Shown one piece after another: positions 49,410 through 59,031 of a DNA stretch of 64,000 nt. The stretch comes from Marsupella aquatica (lineage: Eukaryota; Plantae; Marchantiophyta), in assembly GCA_973895155.1 (NCBI GenBank), contig OZ316891.1:16354248-16418247 (forward strand), in the 5' to 3' direction. Below the pieces are notes generated by a model, which saw only the letters and a list, made by a program, of their open reading frames with translations, was not told where the DNA came from and did not search any database. Both the position numbers and the translations under genes were made by a program. Positions within the stretch are counted from its first letter, which is position 1. Every line of letters begins with the position of its first letter.

Positions 49410-51266
49410 ATGCTAGATCAACCAGAGTTTAGTGCGTCACGCATTCGGAGATACAAGGCTGCTTACCGTGACTACGTGGAGACTCGGATTACACGGGAAA
49501 GGGAAGAGAGAGAAGTTATGATGAGCACGGGATTGGCAGCGGGTTCCTCACCGGTGGGTAGGAAGATTTTTCGTCGAATTTATCCCAAGACCTCCACCAA
49601 GGTGATGGAGGATTGTCGGAACATTTTCCAAGCCACCGGGCTTACAGAATTCATGAAGGTGGAGATTACCATCCCTTCAGGGAAGAGCTGGGACATTGAG
49701 GCCGGGATGGAGTTCCGAACGGAGGGAATCTACTTTGAATGTCTCAAACGTGTAGTGCCCCATGTGGAGTTGGCTAAGCTATTGTTTCTTGAGAATCAGA
49801 AATTCTCATTCACACCTCGGAATATCAGGGGAGAACTCACGTTGAAAATGGTGGCCACTTGGGTGACCAATCCTACCTCCACCACCGCCATCCCTCTTTC
49901 TGCTGTCAAGGATGTTGAGTATAAGGGCTTCCTGGCCAAGGTGCATCAACGGGTTCTTGGCAACGTGCAATCCGGAGTGCTGAATGAGGAGCATTTCGTG
50001 GTAGCTATGGACATCAAGAACTACCCAGCCCATGTGTACGGATGGTGGTGCTACGGATTGAAGAAGCTATTGGCCGCTGAGCCCGGGAGTGTGAAACCAG
50101 GTGGGGCTGTACATTTGATGGGGTCATTTGTATTGGCCAGGGCAGAAGGGTTGATTGGTTCTCCGGGGCATGAAGACACGGGATCATCTCTCACCACGGA
50201 GATCCGGAGTATTGCCACTACCGTTTTAGGGAAGCTCACGGAGGAATCATTGTCTGCTGGTGGGGAGGATAATAGAGAAGAAGAGAACCAGGAGGATGAT
50301 TGCACATTGGAGTGGCTTGAATCACTCGTGGGAGATCCGAAACAGCCTCTGGAATACAACATTCCGGATGTTTACTTGGCAGAGCTACGGGATTTCAGAG
50401 AGGGAGTCCACGAGGGACTCAAGCTAGTCCACGCATTGAGGGAGTCTCTCAAGCACGCCACAGTCAAAGTAGAGACGTTAGAGCAGAGCATCCTGTCACT
50501 GAAGGAGGTGATCAAGACCAAGGAGCAGACCATTCATGAGAAGGTCAGGCACATCAATGCAGCTCACGTAGAGATCACCAACTTGAAGGGAGCTTTGTCC
50601 ACCAAGGCCAAGGAAGCAGAAGAAGTAGGAGCGTTGAGGCAAGCATTGGCCAAAGAGAAGCAAAATTCTGGAGAAGTGATGGAGTGGAGGAACCAGGTGG
50701 GAGCACTACGGAGTCAGGTGGCAGCCTTTGAGACACGAGCGAAGAGAAGTGAGGCCCTGAGTCTAGGGAAACGGAAGAGTCCCGGCACACCTGGCTCCAC
50801 ACTTTCCCCGGATGTGATCTCCCAAGCTATCGAGATGGTGGTGAAGGAGGTTAGTGGGAAGTATGGACCCTTGTTGGATGGAGCCAAGAAGAGTCAGGAG
50901 AAGAGTAAGAGCTTGGAGAAGAAGCTCCGGGAGGTACGGAAATCGTTACGGGAGGCTCAGGTCAGTACGGGGATGCCACCCAGGTCTGTCACCCCCGGGA
51001 CTCCCATGGCCACGGGGCAAGTTCTACCGTTGGAGTTGCGGTCCGGAGAAGAGGCTACCCTCTGGAAGGACACAATTGGTGAGGGGTACATCAAGGCGTG
51101 GCAGGCCTTGGCTGCTTTGAGGAAGCGCGGGAGCAGCAGCACTAAGAGTACTCCGTCGAAGAAGAAGAAAAGTACGGTGGCACTCACTCCCGTGAGTGAT
51201 GAGGAGGAGGACCACTCACGGGGCACAAGTCCGGGCACCGAGAGCGAAGAAGAAGAGGAGGATTAG
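49410..51266 (+). CDS. Family C LTR-encoded protein (618 aa): N-terminal globular domain, acidic linker, coiled coil, basic/acidic tail; function unknown
   Basis: Intact ATG-to-TAG ORF entirely inside the 5' LTR; heptad-rich region VETLEQSILSLKEVIK..LRSQVAAFE; NLS-like PSKKKKS. Confidence 0.85.
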   Translation: MLDQPEFSASRIRRYKAAYRDYVETRITREREEREVMMSTGLAAGSSPVGRKIFRRIYPKTSTKVMEDCRNIFQATGLTEFMKVEITIPSGKSWDIEAGMEFRTEGIYFECLKRVVPHVELAKLLFLENQKFSFTPRNIRGELTLKMVATWVTNPTSTTAIPLSAVKDVEYKGFLAKVHQRVLGNVQSGVLNEEHFVVAMDIKNYPAHVYGWWCYGLKKLLAAEPGSVKPGGAVHLMGSFVLARAEGLIGSPGHEDTGSSLTTEIRSIATTVLGKLTEESLSAGGEDNREEENQEDDCTLEWLESLVGDPKQPLEYNIPDVYLAELRDFREGVHEGLKLVHALRESLKHATVKVETLEQSILSLKEVIKTKEQTIHEKVRHINAAHVEITNLKGALSTKAKEAEEVGALRQALAKEKQNSGEVMEWRNQVGALRSQVAAFETRAKRSEALSLGKRKSPGTPGSTLSPDVISQAIEMVVKEVSGKYGPLLDGAKKSQEKSKSLEKKLREVRKSLREAQVSTGMPPRSVTPGTPMATGQVLPLELRSGEEATLWKDTIGEGYIKAWQALAALRKRGSSSTKSTPSKKKKSTVALTPVSDEEEDHSRGTSPGTESEEEEED

Positions 51267-52397
51267 ATAGGCGTACGGACGTGGGTGTACGGCCTCCAGA
51301 TTTCCAACATTTTAGTGGGGGGTCACTCATGGGCTTGTTGGGATGAGCTCGCGGAGCTGATTCCAACAAGAGGCGGCGCTCCTCAAACGGAGCCAGGATG
51401 AGCAAGTTATGGCCTGGAGAACTTATGTTTTTGCGGTACGGAAACGGCCATAACTCAGGCGTCTGAAGTCCGTTGAGGGAGCGACTTAGTGATTCGGAAG
51501 CAGGAAAAGAAGAGCTATCCAGGGGTGAGCTCAGGTGTGCACTTGGAAGGGCACCTAGTTTCGGCCATTTTGGGGTGCCTCTCACTTTCAGGGTTCACGT
51601 GTACTGTTGGGGCGCCGTCGAAGGCACCGTCGGCCCCCTTGTTTTGGGTTTAGGGTTTTAGCAGCATGTGTGTGCCGCATGCTCCTCTTCAGTTTAAGGA
51701 TTTCTCTTAGTGCAAGGTTTTAGCGGCGCCGCTAGGGTAGCCGCCACCGTTGTGACCCTGTGAGGGGTGCTTTGGTGTGATTTTTCAGTATTTAGGGGGA
51801 TAGCCCCGAAGTAGTTAGGGGGACTCAGTGTGAAGTTAGCAAGGAGGGATAGAGTGGAGCCTGAGGAGTTTGAAAGCGTGTTCAGAGTAGTGAGGGGGAG
51901 CCATACTCATTGTCCGGAGAGGCAGGAGTTGAGTAGACGGCAGGAGGCCGGGTTACTCATGCAATGTGTATCGTTTTTCCCAAGAGATATGGATCTGTAC
52001 ATTTGACTTGATGGGCTTTTGTTGTGTGTTCCTTCTCCCTTTTTCGCTTTCCGAATTGTGTTCTCCCGTTCTATGATTTGAAGAAACTTGCTTGGTTTGA
52101 GTCGGCCTTGTGAGTAGGGGTGGTGACAGCACTCTTTGGGTGACTCCGAGTGAAGGTGTAGTGGGGTAGTCGGCAGGACTTGATCAAAAGCTGTGGGGTG
52201 AGGGTAGTCGGTAGACTTGATCAAAACCTACATTTCCGGGAGCGGAAACCAAAATACTCATCCTGGTGTGAAAAGAATCCAAATAGCGTCCCTCCACGAC
52301 CCCGTAATACGATACCAACGGTTTAAGCGAAGAAAAGTGCGGTTTGCACGTATTAACCGTTGGAGAGGCAAGTGACATAAGTGTGGTCTTTTGTTTT

Positions 52398-52415
52398 TGG
52401 CGCCGCTGCCGGGGA
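52398..52415 (+). promoter_or_regulatory. Primer binding site (tRNA-Asp type, as in Athila)
   Basis: TGGCGCCGCTGCCGGGGA, 20 nt after the LTR end; one base different from the recalled Athila PBS TGGCGCCGTTGCCGGGGA. Confidence 0.8.
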
Positions 52416-52632
52416 ATCCTTCTTCTTGTTTGACGACACGAAGGAGGGGAGCTACGTCTATTGGGAGTTCAAACCTATCAACCACAACGCAACTTGCGAC
52501 GGTTGATACGTGAGAAGTTTGTTGGTTACTTTGTTATTGTACGTCAACCACAACGCATCGTGCGACGGTTGATGTTTACAAATATTGCTTTCTGAGACAT
52601 TGGTGTAAGTTTGGAATGCAGGTCTCAATGGG

Positions 52633-55600
52633 ATGCCGAGAGGGAGAAGGGGAGGTAGAGGAAGTCCCCAACACACACGTACCCCAAGATCAGAGCTAGA
52701 AGGGGGGCCCTCTTGGATTGGGACCAGACGACGAGTTGCTGCCGAAGAACGCTTACGGCTTGCAGAAGAGAGGAGGTTGCCACTGGTGCTGGAAGAACAA
52801 GTTGGTGTGCAACAGGAAGAGGCTCAACGTAATGAGGCCATATGCCCAGACGAAGAGCCAGACATAGATCACGAGCGAGAAGAAGGAGAGCCCTTTGTGT
52901 TGGTGCAGTCTGAGTTACAAAATCTGATCCCAGAGCTCACTGCATTGCCACAAATCATCTCACACCTATCATCGGTGCTGTTACCGGTGGCCCAACAAGC
53001 GCCATTACCACCTGTGTTGATACAGGCACCGGCTGCACCGATGGCAGCTGCACAACGTACCCGTGTTCAGTACGTACCCTTCAAGGGGAGACCAAAGGAT
53101 GATCCAGACGAATGGATTGAGGAGTTTGAAGGGATTGCCGAAGCTAATGGGGAGTCTGCACATAAGCTCACTATCATTCCTGGAATGATGAGAGGGGAGG
53201 CAGGTCCATGGTTCATTTCGTTGTTGGCCAACGTGAAAGCTGATTGGGCTCTGTTCAAGCAAGCCTTCTTGAAGGAGTTCAGATCCATAGGAGTGGAGGC
53301 CACCTCACTATTAAAGGTGGGCCAACTCAGGATGAAGAAGAAGGAGTCATTACGGAGGTTTTTGCAAAGGTTCCAAAAGCTGGTACGTCGGATCCAAGCC
53401 CGTACCGATGATGCTATGCGTCAAGCCTGGTTTGTGGCTGCCCTACCAAGCAAGATGGGGTTCTTTGTACGTCAAGCCAAGCCAACCACATTGGCTGAAG
53501 CTATTGCAGCAGCGGAGTCATACACCGCAGCTGATGCCACAAGCAAGCGTTGCCGAAGAAAGAAGCTGAAGCCGGTTGACAGTTCCTCCAGTGAGGAGTC
53601 GAGTGGATCTGATTCAGATAGTAGTGATGAATCTGAGGATTCTGAGAGTACTACAGAGTCAGACACTACGGAGTCAGAAGCTGAAAGACGAAGGAGGAAG
53701 AAGAAGAAGTTGTCAAAGAAAGTCAAGAAGTCCTCTCACCGTGAAGTGATACTACCCACGGTGGCCGTTACACCATTGTCTACGGCAAGACGCCTGAAGG
53801 AGCAAGAGGCCAGATATGATGAGCTGACGGAGCAAATGAAAGCGTTGAAAGTACATTTTGCCGGACTCAAACCTGAGAGGAGAAAAGTTCCGGTGGAGAG
53901 AGCCAATGTGTGGTGCACCAAGTGCATGAAGTTTGGTCATGCCCCGAAGGAGTGCCCAGCGGGAGAACCAGCCAAGGTTTTCCAAGTACGGGAGGAGGAT
54001 GTTGAGGGGGCAAGCTACTCAAATCCTTCATATGCAGCGGAAGGGCCAATAGAGTACTTCATGGAGGAGCCACCAGAGGCCAACGTGTATAGTGTACAAC
54101 CTCTCAACCCGGGACCACGGAGCATTCATGGAGTTTCAACAAACGCCGGAGCACCCGCATACTCCAACTATCCCAATGCTAACCCAGGGAATCGACCACC
54201 GTACCCTGGAGTGAGGAAGATCCCTATTTGTTACAATTGTAGAGTGGCGGGCCACTACGCTAATGTGTGCCCAGAGCCCACCCGTCAAGGCAATGGAGAT
54301 TTTGCCCGGCTGTGTCAACTATGCAAGGGGGAGGGTCATCTTGCACCACACTGCCCAACCTTGGAGGCGTTCAAGGCTCAACCGATTGGGGCACAAGAGA
54401 AGAAGGGGCCGCCACCTCCTCTGAAAGAAGCTAGCGTCAACTTTCTCACCACGGAAGCAGTCGACACCCCTCTAATCACTAGAAGAGAAGAAACCGTAGT
54501 GAACATTCCCAAGCAAAGGATGACCACCATAACGGAGGAGGTGGTACCGCTAGTCGTTGTAGTATCTCCAGTTGTTGAGATACCGGTGGTTGTTGTTGCA
54601 ACATCTACGGAAGTTGAAGTTGCTAACCCCTCACCCCCAAGTCATGAGTGGACTCATGCTGAGAATCTACCGGAGGAAGACAGCGACGAGGAGAGAAGGC
54701 ATTACTCTTGTTACCGAGTCTCCACTCGATCCGGCAAAAAGAAGGGCAAGTCCGAGCTCAAGCAGAAGTACAAGGAGGTGCATCAAGCTTCCACATCGGG
54801 TACCTCACACGAACCGGAGGTGCCACCCATGGAGGATAGTGACTTTGATCGGGACAACCCCAAGTTGTTCTATCCGAAGGTGGGAGAAGAGGTACGTAAG
54901 CAGTTGGAGGAGCTAGAAGCACAAGCCATGCAAGCGGCCATTGACAAAGACATGGAGGAGGCAAAGGCCAGAAAGAAAGCGGAGGAGAGGGTTGTTCGTT
55001 GGAAACCGGGAGAAGAGGTCATCCCACCCATACCTCCTGCAACCGCGTACAACATTGCTCAAGACATTCTGGATTGCCCAGTCAGTGCCACAATTGGTCA
55101 ACTATTACGGGATAGCTCCCTATACCGTCGCCAAGTCAAGGAGATTCTCATGAGGAGGAGACGTAGAAGAAGGTTACCCAAAGTTGGGGCTGACCCCATA
55201 CAAGTCAACTGGGTCACGGAGGATTTGGGTGCCCCAGAACTCACGGTGGACATCAATGGATGTGCAATACGGTTTGTACCGGTGGACGGGGGCTCGGGAG
55301 TCAACATCATGACTGAGGAGACGGCAAACCGGTTGGGGTATACAGAGTTAGAACCACCGGCACGTGCCATGAGGTTGGCTGATGGTGCACGGGTGGTGCC
55401 GTTGGGGTGTCTCACCAAGATTCCAACAATGATTGGGGGAAAATCTTTCCCCCTCAACTATTTGGTGATGCGACCCGTTCGGCCGTACAGTTTTCCCATT
55501 TTAATTGGCAGGCCATGGTTGTATGTGGCCAAGGTCACAAGTGATTGGGGCAAACGGCAGTTTCGGTTTGGTATCCCCACTATCACTATTCCATGGTCAG

Positions 55601-58600
55601 CGGAGTCACCTCACGGGGAGACTACGACTATGGAGGAGGAATATGATTCAGAGGTCACCTCAGATGAAGACGAGGATGAAGTATACATGGTGAAACTGAT
55701 TTCTCACCTCACGGAGGAAGATGTTTTTGGCCCCGGAGTTGCTACTCAAGAGCATGCAGTAGAGGAATCAGTTAGCCAAGTGCACGCTGTTCTAGAAGAG
55801 ATGGAAGACGAGCGAAGCAAAATTGTGGAGGCTGAACCTCTAGAGATTCATGATAGGGAGGCAGAGGATCACCCCGAGGAGGTGGAAATGCAAGCCCACA
55901 CGATCATGTTTGATGATGAGCAAAGAGAGCAGTTTTTGAATGACATCCTGGATGATGACTTTAGAGAGGAGCTATTGTCACATTACAAAGAATCTGACGT
56001 TGAAGAAATAATGGCCCATGTGACAAAGGATCCACCTCCATCCCGACCAGACCAGGAGGAGAGTGATGCACCGGTGTATGGAGGGATGAGGCTCGCACGG
56101 TTGGAAGAAACCTTTGATGAGGAGACACGCAACAAGTTGGACGTGATCAGGCCGGAGCAGTACACAAAGGTGGAAGTGGGTGAGGGCAAGACACTCAACA
56201 TTGGTAGTAAGTTGGATGCTACGGAGCAACGCACGATTCAGGAATTGTTGAAAGAGTACCAAGACGTATTTGCGTGGAGCCACCAAGATTTGAAAGGAGT
56301 GCCACCTGAGTTTGGTGAGCACAGCATTGACCTGATGTCAGGAGCACGACCTGTGAGGCAACGCCAATACCGCCTCAACCCCAAATACTCACTCATGGTG
56401 AAGGAGGAGATTGACCGTTTGTTGGATGCAGGATTCATTTATCCGGTCATGCATAGTGAGTGGGTGTCACCCATCGTAATCGTGCCCAAGAAAAAGGGGC
56501 CAGACGGGAAGGTGAAAATACGGGTGTGCCAAGATTTTCGAAAGTTGAATGATGCGACCAAGAAGGATCACTACCCGCTACCGTTCACGGATATCGTGTT
56601 GGACATGGTAGCAGGTTGGGAGATATACAGCTTCTTGGATGGCTACTCTGGGTACAACCAAATCTGGATACGGGAGGAGGACCAACTCAAGACGGCTTTC
56701 ACAACAGAGTGGGGGATTTTTGCATTCCGGAGAATGCCTTTTGGGTTGTGCAATGCCCCTGGCATGTTCCAACGGCTCATGATGAATATATTTCATGACT
56801 TTTTACGCAGGTTCTTGGAGATCTTTATTGATGACTTTGCTGTCTACGGCAAACGAGTCAAGCATCCGGAACACTTACGGTTGACTTTTCAGCGGTGCCG
56901 GGAGACTTGCCTGAAGCTGCATCCGGAGAAATGTTTCTTTGGAATTGAGGAGGGAATCCTATTGGGCCACAAAGTGTCTGCACGAGGGATTGAAGTTGAT
57001 CGTGAGAAGGTCGCCGTGTGGGTAGCAGTCTCATTTCCCAAGAATGTGAAGGAAGTGAGAGGGTTCTTGGGGTGTGTTGGCTACTACCGACGCTTCATCA
57101 AAGACTTTGCCAAGGTAGCCATGCCACTCACTTCCATGTTGAAAAAAGGAAGTGAGTTTGAACCTACTCCTTCCCGTCAGGCTGCTTTTGATGAATTGAA
57201 GAAACGATTGCTAGAGGCCCCCGTGCTCATTACGCCCAATTGGAATAAGGAATTCCATGTTTACGTAGACGTATCAGGATTTTGCATCGGTGCCGTTTTG
57301 AGTCAGTTAGATGATGATGGAAGAGACCATCCCATCTACTTTGCCAGTAGGCAGTTGGCCCCGGCAGAGAAAAACTACTCACCCACCGATAGGGAGGCAC
57401 TTGGTATCATCTACGCTTGTAAGAAGTATCGTCATTATTTGTTGGGGTACAAGGTTGTGTTCCACACGGATCACAACAGCTTGAAATACATGGTCAACAA
57501 GCCAGATCTGTCCGGGAGAATTGCACGTTGGGTTTTGTTGCTACAAGAGTTCAACTATGAGGTGAGAGTAAGATCGGGGAAGAGTCATAGCAATGCAGAC
57601 TTCTTCTCCCGTATTGAGGGAGCATCTGACTCCCAGGAGATTGATGATCGGTTCCCGGATGAGGAAGTGTTCAGCGTGAATACAGAGGCCACTACTTGGT
57701 ATGGAGAAATTTTGGAATTTCTCCGCACGGCTAGAGTTCCCTCACGTTTGGGCCCGGAGAGAGCAGCAGTGTTTTTGCGTAAGACAGGTCCCTACTTGCT
57801 TGTGAAGGGAGTACTTCACAAGTACGGCATGGATGGCCGACTTCGTCGTTGTTTGGAGGAAGCGGAGATACGTACAGTCATGGCAGCATTACATGAGGAG
57901 GAAGCTGGTGGCCACTTTGCACGGGAGACCACCGCAAGGAAAATACTAGATGCTGGATATTGGTGGCCAACTCTCTTTCGGGATGTACACCGGTACATCC
58001 AGCGATGTGATCCGTGCCAGCGTCAAGGCAAACCAGGGCCCTCCTCACGACACCCATTGGTGCCCATACTTCCTCTTGCACCCTTTGAGAAGTGGGGGGT
58101 GGACTTCATTGGCCCTTTCACTCCCATCACACGAAGAGGGAGGAAGCGCTACATCATTCTTGCAACGGACTATGCCACCAAGTGGGTGGAGGCCCGAGCT
58201 ACTGCCAAGGATGATGCCAACACCACGGCACGTTTTTTGTATGAGCAGATTTTTACACGATTTGGTCCACCATTGGAGTTGGTAAGTGACAGGGGTACTC
58301 ACTTCCTCAATCATACGATTGAACGTTTGACGGAGAACTACTTGATCTCACATAGGAAGACCACTCCGTACCACCCTCGAGCCAACGGGCTCACTGAGAG
58401 AGCCAACGGGATCATGGGCAAGATCCTCAACAAAACGGTATCCGCTCACAAGACCGATTGGGATTTGAAGTTGTTGGCTGCCACTTACGCTTACAACCTG
58501 GCTCACAAGACTACCACGGGCCACAGCCCCTATTTCCTTGTGTTTGGACAACACTCTCTTGTGCCGGTGGAATTTGAGGTTCCAACCATTCGAATCCTAA

Positions 58601-59031
58601 CACGGGAAAGGGAAGGGGCAGAAGAAAGTGTCGCTTCACGGATCCAACAGTTGGAGCAACTCACGGAGACACGAGAAGAGGCTTTGACACATACGGAGCA
58701 GGAGCAAGGCAAACGCAAGTCACATTACGATTCCCGTCTCCGTCGTGTGTCCATTGAGGAGGGAGATTTGGTGCTCCTCTACGATAGCCGCTTCATGCAT
58801 TTCCCCGGGAAGTTGCATACACGGTGGATGGGACCCTACGTAGTGGATGCCGTCTACTCCAACGGCTCGGTTCAACTCAAGACATTGGAGGGGCAACTAC
58901 TCAACACACGGATCAATCAAGAGCGCCTAAAGAAGTACTACACGGAGGAAGAGTATGGTGCTCGCGGGGGCGCTTCGCAATTAAGAGAGGAGCTATGTGA
59001 CGGGTACCCCGTCACGGGAAGTCACACATAA
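52633..59031 (+). CDS. gag-pol: Gag-Pol polyprotein (2132 aa): capsid, 3x CCHC, protease, RT, RNase H, integrase with GPY; no chromodomain
   Basis: FKGRPKDDPDEWIEEFE; three CX2CX4HX4C; VDGGSGVNIM; FLDGYSGYNQI, FIDDF; VYVDVSG..E..TDH..NAD; HEEEAGGHF..CDPC, WGVDFIGP, SDRGTHF, NGLTERAN, WMGPY. Confidence 0.97.
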   Translation: MPRGRRGGRGSPQHTRTPRSELEGGPSWIGTRRRVAAEERLRLAEERRLPLVLEEQVGVQQEEAQRNEAICPDEEPDIDHEREEGEPFVLVQSELQNLIPELTALPQIISHLSSVLLPVAQQAPLPPVLIQAPAAPMAAAQRTRVQYVPFKGRPKDDPDEWIEEFEGIAEANGESAHKLTIIPGMMRGEAGPWFISLLANVKADWALFKQAFLKEFRSIGVEATSLLKVGQLRMKKKESLRRFLQRFQKLVRRIQARTDDAMRQAWFVAALPSKMGFFVRQAKPTTLAEAIAAAESYTAADATSKRCRRKKLKPVDSSSSEESSGSDSDSSDESEDSESTTESDTTESEAERRRRKKKKLSKKVKKSSHREVILPTVAVTPLSTARRLKEQEARYDELTEQMKALKVHFAGLKPERRKVPVERANVWCTKCMKFGHAPKECPAGEPAKVFQVREEDVEGASYSNPSYAAEGPIEYFMEEPPEANVYSVQPLNPGPRSIHGVSTNAGAPAYSNYPNANPGNRPPYPGVRKIPICYNCRVAGHYANVCPEPTRQGNGDFARLCQLCKGEGHLAPHCPTLEAFKAQPIGAQEKKGPPPPLKEASVNFLTTEAVDTPLITRREETVVNIPKQRMTTITEEVVPLVVVVSPVVEIPVVVVATSTEVEVANPSPPSHEWTHAENLPEEDSDEERRHYSCYRVSTRSGKKKGKSELKQKYKEVHQASTSGTSHEPEVPPMEDSDFDRDNPKLFYPKVGEEVRKQLEELEAQAMQAAIDKDMEEAKARKKAEERVVRWKPGEEVIPPIPPATAYNIAQDILDCPVSATIGQLLRDSSLYRRQVKEILMRRRRRRRLPKVGADPIQVNWVTEDLGAPELTVDINGCAIRFVPVDGGSGVNIMTEETANRLGYTELEPPARAMRLADGARVVPLGCLTKIPTMIGGKSFPLNYLVMRPVRPYSFPILIGRPWLYVAKVTSDWGKRQFRFGIPTITIPWSAESPHGETTTMEEEYDSEVTSDEDEDEVYMVKLISHLTEEDVFGPGVATQEHAVEESVSQVHAVLEEMEDERSKIVEAEPLEIHDREAEDHPEEVEMQAHTIMFDDEQREQFLNDILDDDFREELLSHYKESDVEEIMAHVTKDPPPSRPDQEESDAPVYGGMRLARLEETFDEETRNKLDVIRPEQYTKVEVGEGKTLNIGSKLDATEQRTIQELLKEYQDVFAWSHQDLKGVPPEFGEHSIDLMSGARPVRQRQYRLNPKYSLMVKEEIDRLLDAGFIYPVMHSEWVSPIVIVPKKKGPDGKVKIRVCQDFRKLNDATKKDHYPLPFTDIVLDMVAGWEIYSFLDGYSGYNQIWIREEDQLKTAFTTEWGIFAFRRMPFGLCNAPGMFQRLMMNIFHDFLRRFLEIFIDDFAVYGKRVKHPEHLRLTFQRCRETCLKLHPEKCFFGIEEGILLGHKVSARGIEVDREKVAVWVAVSFPKNVKEVRGFLGCVGYYRRFIKDFAKVAMPLTSMLKKGSEFEPTPSRQAAFDELKKRLLEAPVLITPNWNKEFHVYVDVSGFCIGAVLSQLDDDGRDHPIYFASRQLAPAEKNYSPTDREALGIIYACKKYRHYLLGYKVVFHTDHNSLKYMVNKPDLSGRIARWVLLLQEFNYEVRVRSGKSHSNADFFSRIEGASDSQEIDDRFPDEEVFSVNTEATTWYGEILEFLRTARVPSRLGPERAAVFLRKTGPYLLVKGVLHKYGMDGRLRRCLEEAEIRTVMAALHEEEAGGHFARETTARKILDAGYWWPTLFRDVHRYIQRCDPCQRQGKPGPSSRHPLVPILPLAPFEKWGVDFIGPFTPITRRGRKRYIILATDYATKWVEARATAKDDANTTARFLYEQIFTRFGPPLELVSDRGTHFLNHTIERLTENYLISHRKTTPYHPRANGLTERANGIMGKILNKTVSAHKTDWDLKLLAATYAYNLAHKTTTGHSPYFLVFGQHSLVPVEFEVPTIRILTREREGAEESVASRIQQLEQLTETREEALTHTEQEQGKRKSHYDSRLRRVSIEEGDLVLLYDSRFMHFPGKLHTRWMGPYVVDAVYSNGSVQLKTLEGQLLNTRINQERLKKYYTEEEYGARGGASQLREELCDGYPVTGSHT
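58983..58992 (+). promoter_or_regulatory. Polypurine tract, family C
   Basis: AAGAGAGGAG, 3 nt before the 3' LTR and within the pol reading frame. Confidence 0.7.

Larger units (their letters stand above)
48250..52377 (+). repeat. Family C 5' LTR (4128 bp)
   Basis: Direct repeat of 58996-63073; 50 bp longer owing to one extra 47-bp unit and 3 extra G. Confidence 0.96.

Noticed and set aside
49410-51266. LTR ORF as a retroviral env glycoprotein
   Set aside because: No signal peptide or clear transmembrane helix; it is charged, coiled-coil and has an NLS-like run.
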